Assembly: GCF_964194155.1 (NCBI RefSeq)
Contig: NC_135897.1
Location: forward strand, 70,866,001 to 70,930,000
Length of the DNA: 64,000 nucleotides
Source of the DNA: Cetorhinus maximus
Lineage: Eukaryota
Direction: 5' to 3'
The position numbers were made by a program, and so were the translations under genes. Below, piece after piece: positions 1 through 12,719 of the stretch. Numbering within the stretch: position 1 is the first letter of the stretch; the number at the start of each line of letters is the position of its first letter. Under the pieces are notes generated by a model. The model made no database searches, was not told the origin of the DNA, and saw only the letters and a list, made by a program, of their open reading frames with translations.

Positions 1-1444
1 TATGTTAAAAAATGTGACCTTGTTAGTGTTTTGTATATTTTTCCAGGGCCTGCAAGTGTTATGTTGCTTTTTATCTTTCTTGCAGAAACAAGATATCTGA
101 TCCTTGAAGTGCTCAAGTTTCTGATACTTTTTCCTTTGTGTCCATTTCATGCATGTAAGCATTCTGACAATAAACCTGTTTTGATAAATTACAGACTAAA
201 AATGAGATGGTGGAAAGTGGGCGAGGGAATGGGAATGTTTTTGAAGTGCACATAAATAAGCAGCACAGTTACAGTCAGGGGAAGGGAGAAAGCATGCAGG
301 GACAGTCTGTTGTTAAGAAACACAAACTTGCCTTAGTCTGAAGTTCAGTGGCCTGGGACTCCAATTCCCAACAAACCTCGGGCCTCCTGCGCATGCACCA
401 CTGGAAACTGGCCACACATGCACAGTGCTACCTTTCTCATGTTCTTCAGACCCAGGTCCAACCCTGCATGGGAAAAAAAGAACGGTGCGAAAACCCAATC
501 GGGTGACCAGGTGCGGAGCGCCATGACAGCAAGTGTCTCAGGTAAAGGACAAGGGAGAGGGACAGGGAAAAGGTCCCAGGAAGTGTCTCAGGTAAGGGAC
601 AAGGGAAGGGGGTGGTTTGGAGAAGGCCCCAAAAGGAAGTCCCAGGTAAGGGATTAAAGCCAGGGGACAGAAATAGTTAAGTCAAGTTAAAAGAAAGGAG
701 CAGAGACATAGGCTCCAAATTAAAGAAATAGCCATAGGGAGCAGACTTTGAGTGAAGTGGGCGTGAGAGAAGCCCTGAAGATCCAAGAAGGCAGCCGAAG
801 GTTTATGACTATGTGTTGCAGGCCGTTGGGGCAAAGGTAACCCTTTGGAGTAGTGGTGTTCTGCTTGGCATGGCCAAAGATCTGAACTTGTGCTTGGAAG
901 GTGAAGCTTCTGTGCACTTAGAGATCCAGGGAAAAAGAATCTCAGAAGGCAAGATCGAAGCTCTGCGAGGTGGGTCATTGTTGAAGCCGTCCAAGTGGGA
1001 GTGACATTTGGAGAGAATTCCGAGGCAAGATCTTCAAAGGTAGAGATTGGAAACTCTTGTGAGAAAGATGAAGTTTCAGTGAGATTGGTTGGCTCACAAT
1101 GTGATAAACAACTGGGTGGGTTGTTGAGAAATCTATGGAATCGGGTTTGGTCGCATTTGGCATTTATTCTGTAGTGTGTGTTTGAGCACAGTTGGCTTAT
1201 TAATTCACATGTACCTTTAATTTACCTTGAATGTTAGAGTATAAGATAGATGTTGTAAACTGTTTTATCTTTCTGAACTTGTATAGTAAAGTTTATTTTT
1301 GTTTGTTCGAAACCCATGAAATCTTGTGGCTTTATTGACTTAGTAAGTGTCCTGAAACTCAAACTTTATATAATTTGAACAAAATATTATTGGTCCCTAA
1401 CCAGATCTCCTTCCATGACCTGGGGTTAGCCAAGGATCATGGCA
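1..1444 (+). mobile_element. Possible solo LTR (start uncertain, may lie upstream of the window)
   Basis: Non-coding; internal ~50-bp imperfect repeats (AAGTGTCTCAGGTAA.GGACAAGGG, 531-655); AGTAAA followed by a T-rich tract near 1285; ends in CA. Family not identified. Confidence 0.35.
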
Positions 1445-2179
1445 CTGTGCACAACTCTTTATTTTCCAGATTTGATTTGGTGCTTAGAAGGGAGGGTCAG
1501 TGCAAGAAGCTGATGAATTGGATGTTGTGGGTTATCCTTTATCATTAGCATCATGGTCTACTCCCTGGACAGGGTTTATAGATTCCGCCAGGACAGAAAT
1601 GAAGGCAGGTGGGTAATGAAAACAGCAGCACAGCCCATCTGTTTACCATTGTCTTCCTGCCACCGGCGAGCTTCATCGGGGTGAGGGAGGCCAGCCCCGA
1701 GAATCCACACAATCCACTAATGAGTCAATTTAAGGTTGCTGAAGAGCTCATGAGAGCTTGTTAAAGGATATATTGACATTTTGGTGGGGGTGCATGGACT
1801 GCATGCTGGATCAGGGACAGACCAGGTGCATTGAGGTGGACACAGACTGTAGAGCCAGTCATGGTGGCCCTAACAAATTAGGATAGGCGCATAAAATGAA
1901 GGTTCAGAGGGGCACTCAGCCATTGGCACGCCAATGTCACCAGGTCTTTGCAGATTGCAGAGGGAGTGTTCTGCATGCACAAGGGCAGTGCAGCGGTTTG
2001 TCATCCTCCTGGAATTGCAGGGGCATAAGAGGAGGAGGCCAAGGCTTCCAGACACAATTGGGAGGCTTTCTGAGCACAAGGAACGCAACAACTGGCATAA
2101 CTCTCAGATTTTGGGTCCAGTGGCGATGAGGAACAACATCCTCCACAGGAAGGGTAAAGCCCCAGACATCAGGAGGACA

Positions 2180-3270
2180 GAGGGCATTGGAGGTCATACG
2201 CTCAGCACAGGATCTACCATCAAGGATGGAGCTACCTAAACATGTTGGAGAACCAGTATTGCAGGAGACCGTGACTCTCCAGGGAGATGGTCACAGAGAT
2301 CTGTGCCCTTGTGGTGGAAGGCGTCACACCTTGCAGCACTGCTCACCATGCCCTGCCAGTTGCCGTCAGAATCACTGTGGCTTTGAACTTCTTTTCCTTT
2401 GGCTCCTTCCAAGAATCTGCTGTAGACCTTGGTGGTATTTCACAAAAGGCTGCACACTATTGCATCTCACCTGTCACTGATGCCCTATTTATGAAAGGAC
2501 AGTATATTCAATTGCAGACATATGGTACATTGCAGGCACAAAGAGCAGTGGGTTTGCCTCAATCGCTGGATTCCCGCAGTGGCAGGGTGTCATTGATTGC
2601 ACCCATGTGACCACCAAGGTACCGAATAACCGACCAGTGAGATTCATCAACAGGAAGGGTTTCCATTGCCTCAGCATTCAGCTGGTCTGTGACCACAAGA
2701 GCTTCCTGCAATAAAAACAGAAAATGCTGGGAAAACTCAGCAGGTCTGACAGCATCTGTGGAGACAGAAACAGAGTTAACTCTGAAAAGTCATACAGACT
2801 TGAAACGTTAACTCTGTTTCTCTCTCCACAGATGCTGCCAGACCTGCTGAGTTCCTACAGCATTTTCTGTTTTTATTTCAGATTTCCCGCATCCCACTAC
2901 CTGCATTTGTGCGCTTGCTTTCCTGGCAGCTACCATGACTCCTTCGTCCTCTAGCAGTCCAGCGTGCCACAACACTTCATTCCACCCCTCCCCCAAACTA
3001 TGTTGATGGATTCTAGGGACAAGGGTTATCCCTTGAAGAGATGGATAGCCGCCTCTTTACGAGAACCCAAGTCAGAGGCCCAAGGACACTACAACTGAAG
3101 CTATCTGCTCACTAGGATCACCATCGAGTGGGCCATCAAGATTCTGACGGTGCATTTTCAGTGCCTGGACCGATTGGGTGGTGCCCTGCAGTACACTCCT
3201 AGTAGGGTCTCAGCTATTGTGGTGGTCTGCTGCATTCTCCATAACATGGCCGTCCAGAGAGACTTTGAAG
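2180..3270 (+). mobile_element. Degraded PIF/Harbinger transposase (HARBI1-like DDE nuclease), interrupted at 2711-2896
   Basis: Motifs ALPVAVRITVALNFFSFGSFQ, GVIDCTHV, NRKGFH, FPGSYHDSF, GDKGYPL and CCILHN across frameshifts and stops. Confidence 0.85.
2711..2896. mobile_element. Penelope-derived fold-back (palindromic) insertion
   Basis: Inverted arms (AAAACAGAAAATGCTGG..CTCAGCAGGTCTG / CAGACCTGCTGAG..CAGCATTTTCTGTTTT). Flanks CTTCCTGCA (2702-2710) and CTACCTGCA (2897-2905) resemble a TSD. Confidence 0.75.
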
Positions 3271-4179
3271 ATGGTGATGTACTAGATCATAAACACAAGA
3301 ATTAGGATCAGGAGTAGGCCATTCAGCCCTTGGAGCCTGCTCCACCATTCGATAAGATCATAGCTGATCTGATTGTGGACTCAACTCCACTTTTCTGTCT
3401 GCTTTCCCATAACCCTTGACTCCCTTGTCGATCAAAAATCTATCTAACTCAGCCTTGAATATATTCAATGACTCAGCTTCTACTTCTCTCTAGGGAAAAG
3501 AATTTCACAGACTAATGAGTGATCCAGCGAGAAAAGATTTCTCCTCATATCAGTCTTAAATGGGAGACCCCTAATTTTTAAACTGCCCCACTCTGTACCA
3601 CAGATTTATGCAGTTTCTCTCCATTTAAATAATATACTGCTTTTTTATTCTTCCTGCTAAAGTGAACAGATTCACATTTTCTCACATTACACTCCATCTT
3701 CAAAATTTTTGACCACTCACTTGGCGTATCTAAATCCTTTTGTAGATTCTTTCTGCCAGCTTGACAATTTACTTTTGTCTATATCTTTGTATCAGCTGCC
3801 ATGTGTTCAGTCTCTTCATCCAAGTCATTGATATCGATTGTAAATAGTTCAGGCTCCAGCACCGATCCCTGTGGCACTCCACTCGTTACAACTTGCCAAC
3901 CTGAAAAAGACCCATTTATTCCACTCTCTGTTTCCTGTTACCTACATATGTTAATATGTTACCCCCTACATCATAAGCTCTTATTTAACGTAGCAACCTC
4001 TGATGCGGACTCTTTATCAAACGCTTTTTGAAAGTCCATTACACATCCACAGGTTCCCCTTTATCCACCTTGCTTGTTACTTCCTTAAAGAATTTAATAA
4101 GTTAGTCAAACACAGTCCCCCTTTCACAAAACCATGTTGCCTCTATCTAATTGTATTATGATTTTCTAAATGGCCTGCT

Positions 4180-4645
4180 GAGGAGATCTTGGGGTGCAGT
4201 GGGCAGCATACCTGCCTCTGAGCATGAAGTTCTGTGTCCAAGTCCCACTCCAGGATTTGATGGCCAAGGAAGGTGTGTTCATAATGCAGCCAGGTAGGTT
4301 GAGTATCAACTTGTAGATCCTTCAAGCATATGCCAATGGCAGACAGTAAGAGCAGGAGAGATTCTTGTTTAGCTATGTGCTGATAAGAAATTGGAGCCTC
4401 TGCCATCACTATCCATAGCTGCAGGCTACAATATGCATATAAAAGTGTATTTTGCAAAAGCAACTCCAGGAATCCTTGGGAGATGGTTGGCCAGTGTGGA
4501 TCAGATTGGTGCCAAAAGCACAGGATTGGATCCCTTTTCTGGCTGAGGTGGATTCTGGGCCTGCCTCCTTGCCCTACCTGTGGTGGATTCAGGGAACTGT
4601 GGGTCAAACCTGCATTCGGGCAGAGAACTCAAGCAGAATAAGAAC
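4180..4645 (+). mobile_element. tRNA-head SINE inserted into CR1
   Basis: tRNA-like head (GGGGTGCAGTGGGCAGC..CCTCTGAG..GTCCAAGTCCC). TSD TGGCCTGCT (4171-4179) / TGTCCTGCT (4646-4654). Confidence 0.7.
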
Positions 4646-4761
4646 TGTCCTGCTATTACCTCCATAATATTGCTTTCTAGCATTTTCCCTAAGACAGATG
4701 TTAGGCTGTTTCCCTCCTTTCTTGAATAGAGGTGTTACCTTTGTGATTTTCCAATCCGTTA

Positions 4762-5424
4762 ACACTCCACCCTGCTCTCTTGCCCACATGTCTGTCCTTG
4801 GCTTGCTGCATTGTTCCAATGAAGCTCAATGCAAACTGGAGGAACAGCACCTCATCTTCCGACTAGGCACTTTACAGCCTTCCGGACTGAATATTGAGTT
4901 CAACAATTTTAGATCTTGAACTCCCTCCTCCATCCCCACCCCCTTTCCGTTTCTTCCCCCTCCTTTTTGTTTTTTCCAATAATTTATATAGATTTTTCTT
5001 TTCCCACCTATTTCCATTATTTTTAAATGTATTTCCAGCCATCGTTTATCTATACCTTTTATGCCCTTTTAGTCTTATTTCACCCCACCCCCACTAGAGC
5101 TATCTGTACCTTGCTTGTCCTGCTCTCCACTCTTAATTAGTACATTCCTTTAGATAATATCACCACCTTCAACACCTCTGTTCTTTTGTCTGTGACATCT
5201 TTTGGTTATCTCCTCCTATCACTGGCTGCTTGTCCCAACAACTCCCCCCACCCCCACCCCCCCCCTCCCCTTCTCCCCCCCACCCCAAACCAGCTTATAT
5301 TTCACCCCTTTCCTATTTTTACTTAGTTCTGTTGAAGGGTCATGAGGACTCGAAACGTCAACTGTGCTCTTCTCCGGCGATGCTGCCAGACCTGCTGAGT
5401 TTTTCCAGGTATTTCTGTTTCTGT
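4762..5424 (+). mobile_element. Penelope-like element 3' end (GIY-YIG C-terminus plus terminal repeat with hammerhead remnant)
   Basis: KLEEQHLIFRLGTLQPSGLNIEFNNF motif; hammerhead-like core at 5325-5363. Confidence 0.8.
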
Positions 5425-6599
5425 TATCAATTAATCCTATCTCGTTGCTCAATACCAGGTCGAGTATAGCTGCTCTCTGGTTGGCTCCAGAACGTGCTGT
5501 TCTAAGCAACTATCCAGAACACTCTATGAACTCCTCATCTGCACAACCTTTGCCCATCTGATTTTTCCAGTCTATACGCAGATTAAAATCCCCCATGATT
5601 ATTGCTGTACCTTTCTGGCAAGCTCCCATTATCTCTTCATTTATACTCTGGCCTGCTGTGTAGTTACAACTAGGGGGCCTATACACCACTCCACAGACAA
5701 GCTTCCATTATCCATTGTTCCATACAAAAACAAGTTTATTAATAAGTCTTTATCAGTCTTTTTACTGGGAATCCTGGAGGGCCATGTTGTTTACTTGTCT
5801 CACTTGTGCAGGTGTTTGGCTTGTTGGCTGCCCTCCAACAATAAGGCAATCCAAGGTCCTGTTGTGAGTTCCTGCGCTTTCTATGTCTAGTTTTAACTAA
5901 CTTTAAGGCAATGATTCAAATGCTGCACAATGTCATTTTAATTCTTTAATCCAATTAACACTTCGATTTATTCATTAAATGTGTTATTTCCTTTACAAGC
6001 TAACCAGCCACCCCTGCCACTCCTGTTCCATCGTTAACAATACCACAGCAACTGATTCAGTAAAATGCAGCCAAAATAACAACTTATATCAATACAGCAC
6101 CTTTAATATAATAAAACATCCCAAGACACTTCACAGGAGTGAAACAGAGTATAACACCCAGCCGCATAAAACATTAGATCAGATGACCGAAAGCTTGGTC
6201 AAAGAATAGGTTTTTAAGGAGTGTCATTAAGGGGAAAACGAGATACTGAGGCAAAAAGCTGTAGAGAGAGGGTATTCCAGAGCAGAGAAAATGCTGGAAA
6301 TATTCAATAGATCAGATATTTCAAGTTGATGACCTTTCATCAGCACTGGAAAAAGTGAGAAATGTAACAGGTTTTAAACATTTCAAAAACTGGGAACTCC
6401 CTCCCTAACAGCATTGTGGATGTATTTTTAAAAATAAAATGACATTGTGCAGCATTTGAATCATTGCCTTAAAGTTAGCATTGTGGATGTATCTATATAA
6501 AGGCTGCAGTGATTCAGCCAGCCTCTCAAGAGCAATTGGGATTGGACAATAAATGCTGGCCTTGCCAGTGCTGCCCGCACGTCATGAACAAATAAAGTA

Positions 6600-7150
6600 T
6601 AGAGCCAGGGAAAGAGGGAAGCATAGGGGTGGGAGAGAAAAAAAATGGAAGGTCTGTGATAAGGTAGGAGAGATTAAATGGCAAATGGGACGATGATGCA
6701 ACACAAAAGGGAATGGTAATGGCAGAAGTAAGGAAACAAAAGATGGATCTGGAGGAGTAGCAAAATTATTACCCAATAGCTTTTCCCCCCAAAAAATGGG
6801 GGCAGTAATCATGATCTGAAATTGCTGAACTCAATGTTGAGTCCAGAAGACTGTAAGGTGCCTAATCGAAAGAGGAGGTACTGTTCCATAAGCTTAGATT
6901 GAACTTCATTGTAGGAGGCCCAAGACAGAGAAGTCAGAGTAGGAGTCGAGGGGTGGAGAATTAAAATGACCAGTGACTCGAAGTCTGGGGCCATGCTTGA
7001 GGGCGGAACAAACTTGTTCCCCAGAGCGGCCAGCCAATCTGTGTTTGTGTCTCCAATATAGAGAAGGTTGCATCATGAGCAGCTAATATAGTATATTAAA
7101 TTGAAAGAAGTACACGTAAATTACTGTTAACCTAGAAAGGAGTGTTTGGG
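6600..7150 (-). mobile_element. Penelope-like element 3' fragment
   Basis: KLMEQYLLFRLGTLQSSGLNIEFSNFRS (6809-6994, minus). Confidence 0.75.
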
Positions 7151-7849
7151 GCCCAGGATGGGGAGAAAAATCACCATTTATTTTTGTCAAAAGGCAGAGG
7201 TGGCTTCATGCAGTGAGCACAGGTGCAATGCTATCACCAGTGGCGAACGTTAGTATTGAAAGTGTCTCTTGCCACTGCAATTTTATCCCATTGAAATTAA
7301 TGTTCTAAGGGCGCCTCAGAATATTGTCAATTGTCACACAATCAGCGCAAGCATAACAATGCAAAGAAAGGCATCTATCATATGAACATAGGATATACGG
7401 GAACAAACCATTTGGCCCCACAAGTCTGTTCTGCCATTCAGTTAGCTCATGGTTGATCTGTACTTTAATTCTATTTAATTGCCTTGGTCCCAGATCCTGG
7501 AATATCCTTCCTCCTTCTCCTTCAGGTACCATGGACTTCCATTGGATTGGTCCATGATTATGCTTGGCAAAGTACTGCAGTGGTTTGCCATTGCTTTCTG
7601 CAGCATGGCTGACCAGGAAACTCTCCCACTCTTACGGCCCACCATCAGGCATATTGAAAGGATTCACGAAAGGATGTATCTATCCTGTGACCTTGAAACA
7701 GATGATGGATATTCTTATGCATTCTCGCAAAGTGGTGACACCGAGCATGTTGCCAGCCTCTTCTGACCATTGCCCGTTGGACCTGCAGGGGGCGTGCTTT
7801 CTTGGAGCCGCAGTCTGTACCATCTTGCTGCCCACTGGAGGATCGTTGT

Positions 7850-8140
7850 TTCTGTCGATGACGCATGAATGGCGCGCCGCGCGCCGGGGGGCGGGGTGTG
7901 GACACGTGCGCGCGCCGGGGTCTAGGGCTGGAGCGCGGAAGGACACATGGCGGCTGCCCGGGGGCAGCGCCGGAGGAGGCGGCAGCGGTAACGGCTGTGC
8001 TCAGGTAATGGCGACACTCAGACTTCCGGGGGGAAGGCGCCGGAAAGCTGGGCCTTATCTACCAAATTGCGACTGCTGTAAGCGGCCTCGGAGGTCCGGA
8101 TGCGCTATACGGTGCCGGGGAGCTAGCCCCCGGCTAGAGG
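7850..8140 (+). promoter_or_regulatory. CpG-island promoter of SENP5
   Basis: Dense CpG; GGCGCGCC 7871-7878; GC box GGGGCGGGG 7888-7896; E-box CACGTG 7903-7908. Confidence 0.75.
7930..8004 (+). other. SENP5: Putative non-coding exon 1 of SENP5 (start approximate)
   Basis: GC/CpG-rich segment ending at a donor CAG|GTAATG (GT at 8005). No other CpG island lies upstream of coding exon 2. Confidence 0.55.
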
Positions 8141-8169
8141 ACCCAGAAATAGCCCCTGGATGAGGGGAG

Positions 8170-9480
8170 ATGGACTGTGTACAGAGCCCTGGAGATGGGA
8201 GGCGGGTGGGTTTAGTGTATTGGGCTCTGGAGATGGAGGGGGTGGGGTTAGCGTATAGGGCTCTGGATATTGGGGTTAGCGTATAGGGCTCTGGATATTG
8301 GGGTTAGCGTATAGGGCTCTGGATATTGAGGGGGTTAGTGTATAGGGCTCTGAATATTGGGGGGGGTTAGCGTATAGGGCTCTGGATATTGAGGGGGTTA
8401 GCGTATAGGGCTCTGGATATTGAGGGGGTTAGCGTATAGGGCTCTGAATATTGGGGGGGGTTAGCGTATAGGGCTCTGGATATTGGGGTTAGCGTATAGG
8501 GCTCTGGATATTGGGGTTAGTGTATAGGGCTCTGGATATTGGGGGGGTTAGCATATAGGGCTCTGGATATTGGGGTTAGCGTATAGGGCTCTGGATATTG
8601 AGGGGGGTTAGCGTATAGGGCTCTGGATATTGAGGGGGTTAGCATATAGGGCTCTGGATATTGGGGGGGTTAGCGTATAGGGCTCTGGATATTGAGGGGG
8701 TTAGCGTATAGGGCTCTGGATATTGGGGGGGTTAGCGTATAGGGCTCTGGATATTGAGGGGGTTAGCGTATAGGGCTCTGGATATTGAGGGGGTTAGCGT
8801 ATAGGGCTCTGGATATTGAGGGGGTTAGCGTATAGGGCTCTGGATATTGGGGGGGGTTAGAGTATAGGGCTCTGGATATTGGGGGGGTTAGCGTATAGGG
8901 CTCTGGATATTGGGGTTAGCGTATAGGGCTCTGGATATTGAGGGGGTTAGCGTATAGGGCTCTGGATATTGAGGGGGTTAGCGTATAGGGCTCTGGGTAT
9001 TGGGGGGGGGTTAGCGTATAGGGCTCTGGATATTGAGGGGGTTAGCGTATAGGGCTCTGGATATTGGGGGGATTAGCGTATAAGGCTCTGGAGATGGGGG
9101 TTAATGTATAGGGTTCTGGATATTGGGATTAGCGTATAGGGCTGTGGAGATGGGGGTTAGCGTATAGGGTTCTGGAGATGGAAAGGTTAGTGTATAGAGC
9201 TCTGGAGATGGGGTGGTTAGTGTATAGAGCTCTGGAGATTGTGGGGGTTAGTTTATAGGGCCCAGGGGATGGGGGGTGCAGGTAGTGTAATGGGCCCTGG
9301 AGAGGGGGCATGGGGGTTAGTGTCTAGGGCCCTGGAGATGTGGCGTGGGGCGAGGGTGGGGGTTAGTGTATAGGACCCTGGAGATGGGAAGGTGGGGTTA
9401 GTGTTAGAGCCCTGGAAATTATGGTGGGGTGTAAGGAGAGTAGTGTACACAGCCCTAGAGATGCGGGGGCAGGGGCGGAA
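8170..9480 (+). repeat. G-rich minisatellite, unit ~28-33 bp (G4-9 or GAGGGGG)TTAGCGTATAGGGCTCTGGATATT, ~30 well-preserved copies in 8240-9180 with degenerate flanks
   Basis: Tandem array is directly visible; the CCCTGGAGAT-like motif persists to ~9770. Confidence 0.97.
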
Positions 9481-11769
9481 ACATGTTCAGAACCCTGGAG
9501 AGATTTGGGGTGGGTATGGATAGTGTAGAGACCCTTGGATATAAAAGAAAGGATCCACAGCGTGCGTGTATAATGCCCTGGAGTTAGAGGGAAATGCACA
9601 GTGTGTAGAGTGCCTTGGAGGTAGCGGGGAGGGGGGGGATGCACATCGCCCTGGAGATAGGAGGCAGGTGCACAGTGTGCGCACATAGCCCTGGAGATGG
9701 GGGAGGGGTGGTGTACAGTATGTGTAGTGAACCTGCAAGACAGGAGGGGAAATGTGCAGAGCCTGGAGATAGCAGAGGGGGGATGCATAGTGTGCGCAGA
9801 GTGTCCCAAAGATGGCGGAGGCATCAATGAAGGAAATAAATGGATGTGGGTGGTGCAGTGTTTGTGTACAGACAGCCCCATGGGTGGAGGGGAGGGTGAC
9901 TGTGTATACAAAGGGGTTTCTGTATTGATGTTTGCCACATACTTGTTTCCAACTTCTGTAGGCACTATGGGTCAAATTGTGTCCTGTGCTGAATGACTCC
10001 ATGATATGGAGTTAATAAGAGTATTGAATAATCTAGTTCCCACAGTAAAGTATGAAAATGTGATAAAATGAGTAGAAAAACTGAAGTTTAATTTCTTTCT
10101 ATAATCTTAACAATCACATGCCCACTTCAGGACTTCTGCCCAATTAGTAAAAAAAAAAGCAAAGGCCAGAGCTGTTGGAAAGTCTCATACCAGCACTGCA
10201 TGTTCTAAAGTTCTTTAACTTGTAGGAACTTGGTTTGGTGAATGTGCAGTTCCAGTGCTTGCCCTTGACCTCTGCCGCACTGGCTTTCCTTCCAGTCACT
10301 GAGCCAAAGCATGGGGTCTTGAAAACAGAGTCAGGTGCATGAGCTAGCTATATGTGGGGATCCTGGATCTCCTCTGTGAAAACAGCATTACAAGATAAGT
10401 TAAACCAGCTGCTGCTCTAGCCTGCAAATAAGTAGTGGATATCTGACATTTTGAAATAGTTTATTACGAATTTGTCATAGATGGTGATCTTCGGCAACCA
10501 AAATTTCAGAAAGCACCTTCGGATTTAAAAAAAAATTCCAAGTATCAAAATGCACCAAGAATATAATACTTGTAATGAATACTTAACATCAGTGCCAGGT
10601 AGTAATAAAAGATGCACGATTAGTTTAAAGATTAAAGAATGGCAATAGAATTAACTGGATAAACAGTACAGGCTGTTGGTTAACCAGATCATGTAATAAG
10701 CTGAAATGGGCATCCTGAGTAAAGCACTGTTCTTAGAGCTCATTGTAACTGAATTTGAGAATGATTTTTGTTTAACGGGAAAGAAAATTCTAGAAACGAA
10801 TTTATTTCATATCCTAAATAACCATAACATGTTTCCAAACATTCTTATTTTTAATATATGTCTGTCCAGCTAGTTCTTGTATTCTTTCTGCATTTGAAGG
10901 TATCAGAGAACATTTCATAGAATCATGGAATCTTATGCACAGAAGGATACGCATCATGTCATTTCTAAAAGAAAATAGAGACACAAACATAACTAAGCAT
11001 AATAATAATGCACGTTCTAGTAAAATTGTTTGTCCCTCATTCTAAGATGTGGCTTTTAAAATTTTTAAATGGCTGCTCCTTGTATTTTAATCTGTTGCTT
11101 TTCTGCCCAGAAGGTTTTGAGATTCACATGAATGTGAGTGCCTCATTTCTGCTACCATTACTTCAATGCTGCAAGTGACCCTTCCTTAGAATAATGTTTA
11201 ATTTTAAACATTTGCAGCCAGCTGTCCAGTTTTAATTTTTATACTATAGGTAGTTGCACAATTTGGTGAGAATGTATCCTGGAAGTGTAATGGTTATACA
11301 GCCAGCAACACACAGTCTCCTGTGACTACACGTTTGTCAGGTGGTACACTTTGCTCACCTTCTGTAACTAGCAAAAGCCCAGTATGCCTGAGACAATGAT
11401 ATGTACAATATCTGCTTTTGCCATTGAGAGAGATGGAACCTGGATTGAAATCTTGTGCAAACTGACAGGATGAAAGTCACTTCTGATTGCAAGCAATGGA
11501 TCCTCCTTGAAATAAGTTTGGAGTCTCAATCCAGTTCCTGATGGGTGCAGTCCTTCAGCACAAAACTGCCCCAAATTTAGCACTAACAACCTCATCTGGC
11601 GAAGGAAACGGGGTAGGAGGAATTAGACTGGGGCAATAGACAATGTTCTTTTCAAGTTGGAGCAGAGTACAGAGAGCCTTACTGTGCATCCAGCTGTGCT
11701 GCAACTGACACTGGGTGCCTGAAATGGGAAGAGTTCTATTCCCACCACTTAGAACCTGCAAATTCCACT

Positions 11770-12000
11770 GAGGTGTTAAACTGAGGCTCCATCTGCCCCT
11801 TCAAGTGGATGTTAACGATCCTATGCCAATATTTATCCCTTGCCAAACACCAATAAAACGGTTTACGGAACCTGGCTGTGTGCAAATTGATTGTTTAATT
11901 TCTCTACATTACAGCGGCAACTACAGTTCAAAAGCTGTAAAGCACTTTGAGACATCCTGAAGTCATGAAAGGCAATATAAAAATGCAAGTCTTTCTTTTT
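11770..12000 (+). mobile_element. SacSINE1/Deu-type SINE fragment
   Basis: GTTAAACTGAGGC..GCCAATATTTATCCC..TACATTACA..AAATGCAAGTCTTTC; matches the copies at 26520 and 57050. Confidence 0.65.
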
Positions 12001-12719
12001 CATTGAGTAGGATTTTTAACGGTGTTAATTTATAGCGTAACTATAGTTATTAGCCATTACTTAGCACAGTAGTTTAACAGAATTCTCTCTGTGACAGCCC
12101 ATCCACTTTTCCAGCAAAGTGGTGGGTTCCTTGAAAAGATAAGAAACAGCAACAAGTTTTCCATTTGGAACGGAGGAAAACAGAAGTTCAGAACATTTCA
12201 GGCCATTCCCTGCAACCTTTAAAGAACGTGGTTGACTAAAGCAACTTGCATGTCTGCTCTCTCGGAAGGGCAACCTTAGGCATAATTGATGAGATATAGA
12301 GATAGGGTGGGGATAATAAATAAATGAGATTGGGGCGGTGATTTACTCAGGCCGAGCTCAAAAAACAGACTTTAAGTACAGTTTTCTCTTTCCAGATTGA
12401 CCATTCTGTAATCTGTGTGACTAATATAGCCAGTTTATTTTAAAATTTTGTGCTGCGGGTCTTAAGATTTGGGTTGTGATTATCAATACTTGTTTTCTGT
12501 AGGATCCATGAAACCAATAAAGGAACGAGATGAGATCTTCACCCTTCAACTTGGGCTGAATTCCAACTCAGGTCCCAGATTTAAAAAGGCCATCACATCA
12601 ACTTTCTCTTTCACAATAAGATACTTAAACTCACTGTTCTTGCTCTGATATTTAAGAAATTAATATCAATATATATTAAGTTTTGTTTTCATGTTTTTTC
12701 ACAGCCAAACTGTCAGACT

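Larger units (their letters stand above)
3287..5693 (-). mobile_element. Fragmented CR1 LINE with nested SINE and Penelope piece
   Basis: CR1 3' tail at ~3290; RT remnants ([21 protein letters not shown]); endonuclease remnant (ILDLVLSNE). Confidence 0.85.

Noticed and set aside
2180-3270. Domesticated HARBI1 gene or active Harbinger paired with the Myb remnant at 46040
   Set aside because: Multiple stops, frameshifts and an insertion. The Myb remnant is 43 kb away across SENP5, so these are separate dead copies.
5325-5363. Active hammerhead ribozyme
   Set aside because: The core reads CTGTTGA (A6 changed) despite a GUC triplet, so it is likely inactive. The copies at ~2780 and ~34160 also have broken cores.
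7564-8163. 199-aa ORF over the SENP5 promoter
   Set aside because: Non-ATG start, low-complexity G/R/A composition; a stop-poor CpG-island artefact.
8240-9180. CRISPR-like or telomeric array
   Set aside because: Units are separated only by variable G-runs with no unique spacers, there are no cas genes, and the context is eukaryotic. There is no tandem TTAGGG, so it is not an interstitial telomere.
9363-10002. 200-aa and 171-aa minus-strand ORFs
   Set aside because: Pro/His-rich translations of the degenerate minisatellite flank; no recognisable domain.
12503-12571. Possible extra SENP5 5' exon with an upstream ATG (12508)
   Set aside because: The acceptor is plausible but the donor CAG|GTCCCA is weak, and the ATG would be out of frame with the main ORF. 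No further support.
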